Below the pieces are notes generated by a model. The model made no database searches. It had not been told where the DNA came from and saw only the letters and a program-made list of their open reading frames with translations. A stretch of 64,000 bases of DNA from Eledone cirrhosa (Eukaryota): NCBI GenBank assembly GCA_964016885.1, contig OZ024753.1, positions 7,812,001-7,876,000 on the forward strand, in the 5' to 3' direction. Below, piece by piece: positions 13,550 through 25,085 of the stretch. Every line of letters begins with the position of its first letter. The stretch's first letter is position 1. A program made the translations under genes and the position numbers.

Positions 13550-14235
13550 ACCTCTGGTCAAACCATGCTGTGTAAGTGTTAGCTACCACCTCTGGTCAAG
13601 CCATGCAGTGTTATTAGCCACAGCCTCTGGTCAAGCTATTCAGTGTGTTATCTACTACAACCTCTGGTCAAGCCATGCTGTGTAAGTGTTATCTACCACA
13701 GCCTCTGGTCAAGCCATGCTTTATAAGTGTTAGCTACCACCTCTGGTCAAGCCTTGCTGTGTAAGTGTTACCTTCCATAACTTCTGGTCAAGCCATGCTG
13801 TGTAAGTGTTAGCTTTTACAACCTCTGGTCAAGCCATACAGTGTAAGTGTTATCTACTACATCTGGTCAAGCCATGCAGTGTAAGTGTTATCTACTACCT
13901 CTGGTCAAGCCATGCAGTGTAAGTGTTATCTACTACCTCTGGTCAAGCCATGCAGTGTAAGTGTTATCTACTACATCTGGTCAAGCCATGCAGTGTGTTA
14001 TCTACTACATCTGGTCAAGCCATGCAGTGTAAGTGTTATCTACTACATCTGGTCAAGCCATGCAGTGTAAGTGTTATCTACTACCTCTGGTCAAGCCATG
14101 CAGTGTAAGTGTTATCTACTACATCTGGTCAAGCCATGCAGTGTGTTATCTACTACATCTGGTCAAGCCATGCAGTGTAAGTGTTATCTACTACATCTGG
14201 TCAAGCCATGCAGTGTAAGTGTTATCTACCACAGC
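13550..14235 (+). repeat. Minisatellite, ~34-41-bp unit CTCTGGTCAAGCCATGCAGTGTAAGTGTTATCTACTAC
   Basis: About 18 tandem copies, more homogeneous toward the 3' end. Confidence 0.93.
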
Positions 14236-14407
14236 CTTAGGGGTCGATAAAATAAAGTACCAGTAATGCACTGGGATAATTGCTGGCCTTGTGCCAAAAC
14301 TAGAAACAATTATTATTACTGTAAACACATAGCAACCTAAACAGGGTTTAGTACCTAGGAACTACAGGGAGAGACAGGTGCTGGTGTGTTCATGACATTA
14401 TTTAACA

Positions 14408-14600
14408 CAGCGGTGGATTGGCAGTATCGGTAGAGAGTCGGACGCCATGCTTTCCAGCATAGTTATGTCCCTTTACGATCTGAGTTCAAATCCCGCCGAG
14501 GTTGACTTTGCCTTTCATCCTGACGGGGGTCGATAAAATAAAGTACCAGTAATGCACTGGGGGTAATTGCTGGCCTTGTGCCTAAAGTAGAAACAATTAT
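14408..14600 (+). mobile_element. SINE S2 (plus a partial S2 3' end at 14237-14320)
   Basis: Full S2 consensus; TSD ATTATTTAACACAGC on both sides. Confidence 0.9.
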
Positions 14601-14849
14601 TTAACACAGCTGGGAAAGAGCTTTCATTTTGTTTTATGTATTTCTGTTATGATATATATATATATGATATATATACACAATATATAAAGAAACACACGCT
14701 CATACACATACTCATACACATACACTCATACACATAAACACACGCTCATACACACAGGTACGAAAAATCACAAGCACACAAAAACACTCACACACACTGA
14801 GATGTAGTAGATAACACACACTGAGTGTTTTTGTGTGCTTGTGATTTTT

Positions 14850-15470
14850 TGTGTTTATGTGTATGAGTGTATGTGTATGAGCGTGTGTTTATGTGTATGA
14901 GTGTATGTGTATGAGCGTGTGTTTATGTGTATGAGTGTATGTGTATGAGCGTGTGTTTATGTGTATGAGTGTATGTGTATGAGCGTGTGTTTATGTGTAT
15001 GAGTGTATGTGTATGAGCGTGTGTTTATGTGTATGAGTGTATGTGTATGAGCGTGTGTTTATGTGTATGAGTGTGTGTGTATGAGCGTGTGTTTATGTGT
15101 ATGAGCGTGTGTTTATGTGTATGAGTATATGTGTATGAGCGTGTGTTTATGTGTATGAGTGTATGTGTATGAGCGTGTGTTTATGTGTATGAGTGTGTGT
15201 GTATGAGCGTGTGTTTATGTGTATGAGCGTGTGTTTATGTGTATGAGTATATGTGTATGAGCGTGTGTTTATGTGTATGAGTGTATGTGTATGAGCGTGT
15301 GTTTATGTGTATGAGTGTATGTGTATGAGCGTGTGTTTATGTGTATGAGTGTATGTGTATGAGCGTGTGTTTATGTGTATGAGTGTATGTGTATGAGCGT
15401 GTGTTTATGTGTATGAGTGTATGTGTATGAGCGTGTGTTTGTTTATATGTGTATGAGTGTATGTGTATGA
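14850..15470 (+). repeat. 34-bp TG-rich minisatellite GTGTTTATGTGTATGAGTGTATGTGTATGAGCGT
   Basis: Direct reading of tandem copies. Confidence 0.92.
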
Positions 15471-15636
15471 GTGTGCTTGTGCGTGAGTATGTGTGTATGT
15501 GAGTGTGTTTTCGTGTGCCTGAATGTATGTGCATGTGTATGTGTGCATGTGTTTTTCTGTGTACATGTGTGTGAATGTGCACGTATGTATATGTGCGTGT
15601 GTGTGTGTGTGTGTGTGTGTGCCAGTGTTTAAGGGG

Positions 15637-15674
<38 letters not shown>

Positions 15675-15829
15675 GTCAAATGTACCTTATTAACTGACAG
15701 AATGACAGCAATTAGTTAAGAATCCATTAATTATTGATTAGTTTTTATATTTTGCATGCATTTGTGTGTATGTGGGTGTCTGTGTGAGTGTATGTGTGTG
15801 TGTATGGAGATATGAATATAGGTAGGTAG

Positions 15830-15960
15830 GTGTGTGTGTGTATGTAAGTATGTATGTGTATATTATGTGCATATTGTTTGTGTGTATATATATATATAAT
15901 ATACATATATATATGTATGGTTCTATGTATATTGGGTGTGTATATATATATCATATATAT

Positions 15961-16001
<41 letters not shown>

Positions 16002-16046
16002 CATATATATATATATATAATACACATATATATATATATATATATA

Positions 16047-16092
<46 letters not shown>

Positions 16093-16144
16093 TTGGTTTC
16101 ATGTATATTGTGTATGTATATATATATATATATCTTTTAACATC

Positions 16145-16187
<43 letters not shown>

Positions 16188-16270
16188 ATTTATATATGTA
16201 TGGTTTCATCTACATTGTATATATATATCATATATATATATATATATATATATAGATATATATATAATCA
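15830..16270. repeat. TA/TG/CA compound microsatellite
   Basis: Direct reading. Confidence 0.9.
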
Positions 16271-16686
16271 TCATCATCATCATCGTTTAATGTCTCACTC
16301 TCTATATATTTATATAATAATAAATCAACTAATACCTTAACACTTCAAAGTAAAACATTTTGTTTTAATCATTTTCTAACCCAGAAAAAAGAGAGAAATA
16401 AATAAAAAAGGAAAAAAAAAAAAAATGTTTCTTCCTAATATTCCTCTCTTTCTCCCTGATTTCATATCCGAGATCCGCCAACACTACAGCTAACACATAC
16501 ACACATGTACTTCCCTGACATTTGTGTATTATTCTATGTACTATACATACACCTTTGACGAGTTGTAGTGTACTAGTGCACCTGAGCTGTACACAATAAT
16601 TTCATTATTAGTATATATAAATATATATATATAAACGGAAAAAATGAAACAAAATTTCATTTCCCACTCTTAGTACGGCTGTTACT

Positions 16687-16744
<58 letters not shown>

Positions 16745-16748
<4 letters not shown>

Positions 16749-16945
16749 TATTTTATAGAAGGAGCTTCTACAGGACTAGTACTGTTTCATTTAGATGAAA
16801 TCTTCAGGAGCTTCCTGAAGATTTCATCCGAATGAAACGGTACTAGTCCTGTAGAAGCTCCTTCTATAAAATAAAAATTTTTTACTCTGCCATGTATTGA
16901 GTACCTTACTTACTGTGGTTATCCTCGACTCAACCCGGGACCTAC

Positions 16946-16947
<2 letters not shown>
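16745..16947 (+). mobile_element. Hammerhead-bearing short element family A (Penelope-like terminal repeat) with 5' fold-back
   Basis: Near-perfect hairpin 16745-16877, 3' extension ending CCTACG into (TA)n, both ends in TA tracts; homologues at 19012-19182 and 55832-56030. Confidence 0.8.
16808..16860 (+). ncRNA. Type I hammerhead ribozyme candidate (family A)
   Basis: GAGCTTC-CTGAAGA-T(TTC ATCC GAA)T-GAA-ACGG tactagtc CTGT-A-GAAGCTC: 7-bp stem I, intact core, GUA cleavage triplet; stem II short with a U-U closing pair. Confidence 0.75.
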
Positions 16948-16979
<32 letters not shown>

Positions 16980-16983
<4 letters not shown>

Positions 16984-17665
16984 CACGACAAAAAAACACA
17001 CAGTCCACGCTGTAAATGTGGCCGTGTAGGCAACATGGTAAAAACCTCCCAGCCCCACACTGTAAATGTGGTTGGTGTTAGGAAGGGCATCCAGCTGTAG
17101 AAAATCCACCAGATAGTCCACGCTGTAATGTGGCCGTGTAGGCAACACGGTAAAAACCTCCCAGCCCCACACTGTAAATGTGGTTGGTGTTAGGAAGGGC
17201 ATCCAGCTGTAGAAAACCCGCCAGACAGTCCACGCTGTAATGTGGCCGTGTAGGCAACACGGTAAAAACCTCCCAGCCCCACACTGTAAATGTGGTTGGT
17301 GTTAGGAAGGGCATCCAGCTGTAGAAAACCCGCCAGACAGTCCACGCTGTAATGTGGCCGTGTAGGCAACACGGTAAAAACCTCCCAGCCCCACACTGTA
17401 AATGTGGTTGGTGTTAGGAAGGGTATCCAGCTGTAGAAAACCTGCCAGACAGTCCACGCTGTAATGTGGCCGTGTAGGCAACACGGTAAAAACCTCCCAG
17501 CCCCACACTGTAAATGTGATTGGTGTTAGGAAGGGCATCCAGCTGTAGAAAACCTGCCAGACAGTCCTATGCGAGCAAGACAACCACTCTTGCCTCAAGT
17601 GGGAAAACCCCCGTCCAAACCCATGCAAGCGTGGAACACGGACACTAAACCTGATGATGATGATA
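16980..17665 (+). mobile_element. SINE/LINE 3' tail (RTE-B type end) with an internal 112-bp unit amplified five times
   Basis: 112-bp period (AAAAACCTCCC at 17040, 17152, ...); ends CCCATGCAAGCGTGGAACACGGAC...(GAT)n. Confidence 0.88.
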
Positions 17666-17919
17666 TATATTCATTATAGTCAAGTCTCCTCATATAAAAT
17701 CTGTGTTAATTGTCATTCTTCAGTTGCTGTCAGGTGTATTTAGACTATATATAAAATGTCTTCCTTGTCTTTTAATTATGTCAGCTAATTTCAGTGAGGA
17801 TCATTTCTTATTCCATGGAATGTGAGAATATTGGATTCATTAACTGAGTCCATTAACACTAGTGCAGCTAATGTTGTGTGTATTACTGTATTGTATAGCT
17901 ATGTCTCTATGTTTGTGTA

Positions 17920-17956
<37 letters not shown>

Positions 17957-17970
17957 ATGAAGTATTTCCG

Positions 17971-18035
17971 TTTTCTTCTGATGAATGAAGACAGACATAA
18001 GTATCTGTCTTCAAGAAACCATTGGTAAATGAAAT
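17971..18035 (+). ncRNA. Type I hammerhead ribozyme candidate (family B) in a ~110-bp TA-flanked element (17955-18066)
   Basis: CTGATGA 17978-17984, 10-bp stem II TGAAGACAGA/TCTGTCTTCA, GAAA-CC ATT GG-TA; stem I imperfect in this copy; homologue at 55691-55796. Confidence 0.7.
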
Positions 18036-18071
18036 AATTATCTTATGTTGTTTATTACATAACTAAATATC

Positions 18072-18102
<31 letters not shown>

Positions 18103-18249
18103 ATTAAAATACTGGAGCGTGTTGGAGTTAAACACCCTCTTCGTATTATAGAAATGACAGTAAAAGGTATAGCTCAATGTAATTAAACAGAGCCGAAGAA
18201 TTATGAAAATAAAACAAAGAAGCCTTCAATACATCAAAAGTCTTTATTA

Positions 18250-18287
18250 GCCAACAATGTTTCGTCCTATTAAGGACTCATCGGGGC
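18250..18287 (-). ncRNA. Minimal type I hammerhead candidate (family C) with a U4C core change
   Basis: Minus strand: GCC-CCGATGA-GTCC TTAATA GGAC-GAAA-C ATT G-TT-GGC, followed by AATAAA; the element runs into (TA)n at 18098. Confidence 0.6.
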
Positions 18288-19011
18288 AATTAAAACTACA
18301 AGAAGCACTATCGGCCAATACAAGCTGAAAACTCAGAAGAATATGGAGTGTACATACACTAAAGTGTTGGAAGATTATGGGTAAAAATATAATAAAAATC
18401 ACTAAGGAGGTGGATAACATTTTGAACCATATTACAAATATAGTCCAAAGCAAAAAACTAGAGCTAAACAAAGGTGGTTATATAGAGCGGGAATTATAGT
18501 ACTATATGTAATACAATATAATATAATATAATATACTTGTAACAATATTAAAATTAAAATTAAAAGGCACAATATACATATGTATATATATACACACACG
18601 TACGCACATATACATATACATCAATACACATTTCCATCATTAACAGCACAAATTAAACCTTATTAAAAGTTTAAATATAAATAAGCATAATAGGAATAAA
18701 AATAAAAAATAATACGTATATATAATATACAGTATAACATGAGGTAATGAAATGATTGAAAGTAAAACATAATATATATAATAAACTATATAATTATATA
18801 ATATATAATATAATATAATAGATCATCTCTGGTTAATTTACACAAACAATATAGATATCACAATAACACTATAATAATAATATAATAATATATAATGGCA
18901 TGTAAGTTAACAAATCAGTTCATATAGAGTTACAGAGCAGGTGAGAAAAAAATATATATTGTACAATACCAAAATTATTTTCATAATATATATATATATA
19001 TATATATATAT

Positions 19012-19175
19012 ACGTAGGTCCCGGGTTGAGTCGGGGATAACCACAGTAAGTAAGGTACTCAATACATGGCAGAGTAAAATTTTTTATTTTATAGAAGGAG
19101 CTTCTACAGGACTAGTACTGTTTCATTCAGATGGATTTCATCTGAATGAAACAGTACTAGTCCTGTAGAAGCTCC

Positions 19176-19182
<7 letters not shown>
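19012..19182 (-). mobile_element. Family A element, second copy, with fold-back 19090-19182
   Basis: Reverse complement of 16830-16947; the inversion point falls inside hammerhead stem II; TA tracts on both sides. Confidence 0.8.
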
Positions 19183-19219
<37 letters not shown>

Positions 19220-19325
19220 CCTCATAGAATATAAATATATCCTTGAAGTAACTGGGAAGCCTCTGTGTGTGTGTGTATTTATATAAATGTATGTATATAA
19301 ATGTATGTATGTATATATATATATA

Positions 19326-19693
19326 TTGGCCTTGCAATCGAAAGGTTGTGAGTTCAATTCTCAGACCGGGTGATGTGTTGTTTCCTTGAGCAAGACACTT
19401 TATTTCACATTGCTCCAGTTTACTCAGCTGTATAAATGAGATGATAGGGACAGGGGTCCCTATAATTCCACTGCAAAGTGGTCGTGGAGGTGCCACAACA
19501 CAAAAAGCACCCAGCACTCACTGTAAAGTGGACGTGGAGGCACCACGGAAAAAAAGCACCCAGCACTCACTGTAAAATGAGGTTGGTGTTAGGAAGGGCA
19601 TCCAGCTGTAGAAATCTAGCCAGAATCAGTTCTCGTCCCACCCTTGCAAGCAGGGAAAAGCGGACGTAAAATGAAATGATGAATGATGATGAT
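19326..19693 (+). mobile_element. SINE S1, slightly 5'-truncated
   Basis: Near-identical to 13068-13413; starts in a TA tract. Confidence 0.9.
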
Positions 19694-20125
19694 ACACACA
19701 TGTATGCTTATATGTACACGCACACATATGTACATATGCACACAAACTCGCACACACACACACACATACATATGCACACATATACATCTGTATATACACA
19801 CGTACATATACATATATACATATAAACATGTATGCATATATTTACATGCACACATGTATACATATATGTACATATGCACACACATAATGTACATTCACAC
19901 ATACATATACAGATGTACATACACACATAAATGTACATATATGTACATACACACATACATATACAGATATGTGTACATACATATACAGATGTACATACAC
20001 ACATGCATGTATATACACACATACATATACAGATATATGCATACAGACACATATATACATATGTATACTCACACATATAAGTACATACACACATGCACAC
20101 ACATATAATATATATGATAACATAT
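19694..20125. repeat. CA/TA-rich low-complexity repeat
   Basis: Direct reading. Confidence 0.9.
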
Positions 20126-20949
20126 ATGACAACTAGATTTATACTAATATAGTATTGGTACTTATTCTGTGTATTCCAGAGGGATAAGAGGTTTTCATAT
20201 AACCAGACAGTGTCCAATTTTTCTTAGGGGTCTGAGAGATATTTGAATCAGTAAATTGTCACCTGTCAATTATATAGCAAGAAATGTAAGCCCTAGTGGG
20301 ATTTGAACTTACACAGACCCAACGAGAAGGACTATAGATATTAAGGATTTATTTGTGGCATTTTTTTTTTTTAAATCTAATTGTCATTTTTCTCTCTTGG
20401 TAGTAGATTGTCAATGGCTGACTTCAAAATTCATGATATTTTCAAGAGCTTTTAGTGTTAGACGAAGTGAAATGTTTGCAACCAGGAATTGAAACTTCAT
20501 TGCAAATTTGACTTGACATGAGCCTAATTCTTCTACAGCCACACATTCATTCATACCATATTGATTTCCCTTTGTCTATTATCTGTGTATGGTGATAGAG
20601 GTGCCTTACTGACATATAGCATGGCGTATCTTGGGCATTTTTCAAACCTGGCAGAGCCCATCCTTTATCCAACAAGGCAGGAGCCTCATTTGCCTTAAGA
20701 ATGGCACAAACCAACAATTGTTGATTCTTAAAGGAGCATCAATTACTTATGGTGCCTTTCCTGGACCCTATCACATAAGTAAAATTTTATGCTAATTAAA
20801 TTTTATATATTCAAATGAAGTTCAGATATAAAAAAATAAGCTTAAAAAGAATTTATTATATCAAATAAACAAAAAATAAAATATAGACGTTTGAAAAAGT
20901 GTGTGGGAGGGGACTTGTCTCCTGGTACCCCAAGAAACAAGGCCCTTGT

Positions 20950-21175
20950 TCAACTTGAACCAAGTCTGAACATGGCTGATTTTCTTTCCAGAGAATGAGA
21001 GAAAATGTGAGGTAATATAGAGGAAAAATCAACTCCACTACTGGACTGGTATATTTTAATCAGCCTCTTAAAGATGAGTGGCAAAGTTGACCATGGCAGT
21101 TTTATGTTCTGAGTGCAAAAATCTGGAATGTATGCTGTAAAGTATTCTAACAACTCTGCCACCAATTTGCTGCCC
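20950..21175 (-). mobile_element. Diverged S2-related SINE (older subfamily; similar at 33130-33245, 47725-47920, 60030-60270)
   Basis: ACTGGACTGGTATATTTT...GGCAAAGTTGACC...CTCTGCC pattern. Confidence 0.6.
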
Positions 21176-21630
21176 CTTTTCACAAGAAAAAGGACTATTT
21201 TTTTCTCTAGAATGGCAGTCAGTCAAATTATTACTAACATATTACAGGTACTAAAGAAAACAATGATGGAACCCCTCTAGGGTGTTGCCCAATCTTATGG
21301 CAATAACAACCCAATTTCTCTGAAATTATTCTATTATGAAAAGCTCATTGGATAAATGTATTCTGATAGACTGTCTGTATAAAAGATGATTATAGCTGAA
21401 ACGTGTTTAATCTGAAATGTGTTAAGTCTGCTCTGTCAGAGCTGATCCAGAGCAATAGAAGACTTGAACAACTGGTTCATATTTTCTAGAGCTATTAGAG
21501 AAGCTAAAGTCAGTCTTTCATAAGATTTGAGCAGAGAAAACATCTAATTCTTGCTGGTGTTTGGAACATAATTTATCGCTCTGAGAAAGGGTATGTTGTG
21601 GTAAAATGTAAAATATTTCGCTAAAATGTT

Positions 21631-21905
21631 CCATCCAACCCATGCTGGCACGGAAATGTCTTGTCCTCTCTATGCTGGCACAAAAATGTCTTGTCCACTC
21701 TATGCTGGCACAAAAATGTCTTGTCCAACCATGCCAGCATTGAAAAGTCCTGTCCAATCCATGCCAGCATGGAAAAGACTTGTCCAACCCATGCCAGCCT
21801 GGAAAAAGTCTTGTCCAACCCATGTTAATATCGAAAAGTCTTGTCCAACCCATTCCAGCATGGAAAAGTCTTGTCCAACCCATTCCAGCATGGAAAAGTC
21901 AATGT
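21631..21905 (+). repeat. 30-31-bp minisatellite TCTTGTCCAACCCATGCCAGCATGGAAAAG derived from the SINE/LINE 3' stem-loop
   Basis: About 9 copies; the unit resembles CCAACCCATGCTAGCGTGGAA of the LINE tail. Confidence 0.85.
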
Positions 21906-23179
21906 AAAATCAACAACGATGGTAATAAATACTTTGAAACAAGCAATATTAAAACGTAGAACAAAGGAGAGTTTCGGAAGGTTTAGTATCAAAAGAGTTA
22001 GTTTCCAGTTCAATTTTATGATATTTCAGCTTTCTCCTCTCACTCAAGTCACTCATTAACAATGGATTATTAATTTAGCCTAGTATTTAGCCTAGTGAGA
22101 TTTCTGCTTTTTAGAGGAGGAAGACCGAAATTATGTGATACATTCTCCCCTTTTGCAAGTGACTGACTTCTATTAACATTTGAAACAAAGGACCTTTACT
22201 CAGCTCATGAAATTATCTCTGAAATGCTCACCAATCATTTGTACAGTATTGTAATAATTTCGTTTAGAACTAACAATATGTCTTATAAGTAAGAGTAGTA
22301 AAAGCCCCATTTACAATATTATATAGTTATATTTAAATGTGAATCTGTATGCTTGTGTATGTTATATATGAACCCATGGAGGTAGTATCTGTGTGAGTGT
22401 GTATGAATTAATTGATGTGGATATGTGTAGGTGTGTGTGTTTATGCATATGTGCTGTGTACCTATATATGATCGACTTTTACTTGTGTTTATGTGTGAGT
22501 GTGTTATACACGCATATAAATGTGTTTATGCAAATGTAGGTAGCGGCATAAATTTGTGTGTGTAAATGCATTTGGGTAGGTGTATGTGTGTTGTGTATTT
22601 ATATGTGATAATATGGTAGTTATGCCAGTGTTTGTGTGTTTATGTATTGTTTCTTAATGAGAAGTTCTGTGAGATACATTCACAGAGATTGTGTTTGTGT
22701 ATTTGCTATTATAAAAGCGCCATAAATATGATTAATTGCTACAATAAACAATATATTCCAGGAATTGTTGCTGGGTATCATGAAAAGCATGCCAACAGTA
22801 TGAGTGCCAAATATAATATATTAACGACTTTTAACACAATTGCTATTTAACAGGTCTTTAACGACTTTTTGCTCATTAGTTTGCAATGTCAGGTCCCTGC
22901 ACTAATTTCCCATTGCTGTTTCGCTAAAGTGACTTGTAAAATTTATTGAATTACGTATTTTATTTTCAATGGCTTCTACCAATAAAATTCCTAACAGTTA
23001 CAGCTTAGTAGCTGAAATCTCTGTATCCAAAGAGCAAAGTTTTCAATGTTTTCCTAGTTTAGTAAATTTCAGTTATGCCAAAGGCATGAAGAATCAGGAT
23101 CTATTATATAAACCATTTTGATAGCTCTCTGCCTGAAGCAACCTCTGGCCATATGATACAAAGCTGATTATTTTAAAGT

Positions 23180-23215
<36 letters not shown>

Positions 23216-23218
<3 letters not shown>

Positions 23219-23600
23219 TCACAAATTTAAATAATTTTGAAAACCATACAACGCATTCGAAAGAAAATCAAGATTGCTAAGATAACAAAGAATCTTACCT
23301 TAGCAAATTTGATAATCTCAAATATTTTCAGGTTTAAAAACCCATTATCAAGGTAGTATCCCAGTGTGACTTAAAAGATCAATTGTAGTTGACTTGCTTG
23401 TTTGGAGAGCAGATTTAAGTTAAATCTTGATAATGGTTTTTAAATTTGAATATTTGTGATTATCAAATTTGCTAAGGTAAGATTATTTATCTTAGCAATC
23501 TTGATTTTCTTTCGAATGCATTGTATGGTTTTCAAAATTATTTAAATTTGTGTTTCCTATTTAACAATGCTTCAAGCAAACTACAACACTCTGTTTCATA
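23216..23600. mobile_element. TA-flanked fold-back element (inverted arms ~23216-23352 and ~23425-23557)
   Basis: CACAAATTTAAATAATTTTGAAAACCATACAA...CCATTATCAAG pairs with CTTGATAATGG...TTGTATGGTTTTCAAAATTATTTAAATTTGTG. Confidence 0.7.
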
Positions 23601-23621
23601 TATATATATATATATATATAT

Positions 23622-23818
23622 AGTCGTAGAACACTGGTGGTGGGTTATATCTGCAGTAGTAGAGCACTCAGTCCATGGGATGAGTTTGGTAGAAGTACTT
23701 CCACACAATTTATTTCACCTCAAGCAGATCATCAGATCATTTAAACCGAGCTGATGGTCCATTTGAGGTGAAGCAAATTGTTCTCGGAGATGCTAAATTA
23801 ACTGTTGTGGAACTACTT

Positions 23819-23822
<4 letters not shown>
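23622..23822. mobile_element. Head-to-head pair of degenerate hammerhead elements (family F)
   Basis: Plus strand CCGAG-CTGATGG-tccatttgaggt-GAAG-CAAATTG-TT-CTCGG (23746-23787); minus strand CTGATGA-tctgcttgaggt-GAAA (23735-23713); TA tracts on both sides. Confidence 0.6.
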
Positions 23823-23878
<56 letters not shown>

Positions 23879-23880
23879 AC

Positions 23881-23924
<44 letters not shown>

Positions 23925-23985
23925 GTGTATATATATATAGTAATAATAAATGTGATGACTAAAATTTGAAGAGGGCTCGATAAGG

Positions 23986-24026
<41 letters not shown>

Positions 24027-24061
24027 TCATCATCGTTTAACGTCCATTTTCCATGCTAGCA

Positions 24062-24224
24062 TATATAATCTGAAAAGCTTCCATCATAATTTTATGTAAG
24101 AATCTTTTTTGTGTTCTAAATACTAGCTTAATGTCTAAATCACTTCAAATTATTGATTATTTTCCAAATGATTTGCAAATCATAGGCAGTGTCTTTTATT
24201 AGAAATATGGTAATGAAAGGGTTA
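24062..24224 (-). mobile_element. piggyBac-like MITE family M2, 5' part
   Basis: Minus strand begins TTAA-CCCTTTC; body homologous to 38250-38430. Confidence 0.6.
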
Positions 24225-24504
24225 AATCTGTTGTAAAATGGCAGACATGCTGAAAAGGAGATAATGAATACATGTTCATGTGTTTGTGATAGAAAGTAGA
24301 AGCAGCACCAAAAAACATTCTTTTTTAATCCTATATATAGACTAATGTACAATGTAAACTAGAAAGAGCTCTTCAGTTTTGGCAAGGACATGGCAATCTC
24401 TGTTGTGGTGGTGCCCCATAATAAAATATACCAATAAATTCTGTAAAGTAGTTGATGTTAGAAAGGACATCTAAGACAACCTAATGTGGAAACCATGTTA
24501 AAAT

Positions 24505-25085
24505 AGAACGTCGCTGCAGTTCCATCGTGGACTCTTTCGGCCTCCACCCGCTTTCCTGTCGCCACAGTGCCGGCCGCATTCCACACCATGCTGCCCTCAA
24601 CAAGGTCATTAAGCATGGCTTGGACGCTGCAGGCTTCCCTTCCCAGCTCGAGCCGGTGGGGCTGGATCGAGGGGACTGCAAAAGGCCAGATGGCATGACC
24701 ATCTTCCCATTCCGCGGTGGGTGCAAACCCCTCTTCTGGGATGCCACTTGCACCGACACTTTTTGCAGCCGCAACCTGGTGCAGTCTGCGACTGACACAG
24801 GTTCTGCTGCACGTCGGGCTGAGGGGGCCAAACTCCTCAAATACCAGTCGCTCTCCAACAGGTTTGCGGTCATACCCCTGGCAGTGGAGACTTCTGGTGT
24901 CCTCGGCCCCAGGGCTACCTCCTTACTCACCACCATAGGGGCTGAGCTGGCCAGCCGCAGGTGTGAGCCCCGCGAGTTGGAGTAGCTTTTCCAGCGCGTC
25001 TCCCTTGCCGTCCTCTCCAGGAAAACGCCTTCTCCATTCTGTCCGCCGGGGCTGTGGGTGGGCCCCATCGCGTATCGTTGTAGTT
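24505..25085 (+). pseudogene. CRE-clade non-LTR retrotransposon 3' fragment (zinc knuckle + restriction-like endonuclease)
   Basis: GLHPLSC...HHAALN...LEPVGL...KRPDG...WDATC...AEGAKLLKY...IPLAVETSGVLG...*LFQRVSLAV; premature stop at 24983-24985, then a frameshift. Confidence 0.82.

Noticed and set aside
16745-19182. One 2.4-kb DNA transposon with family A copies as TIRs
   Set aside because: Outer ends are non-equivalent fold-backs and the interior is a mosaic of other repeats; independent insertions are simpler
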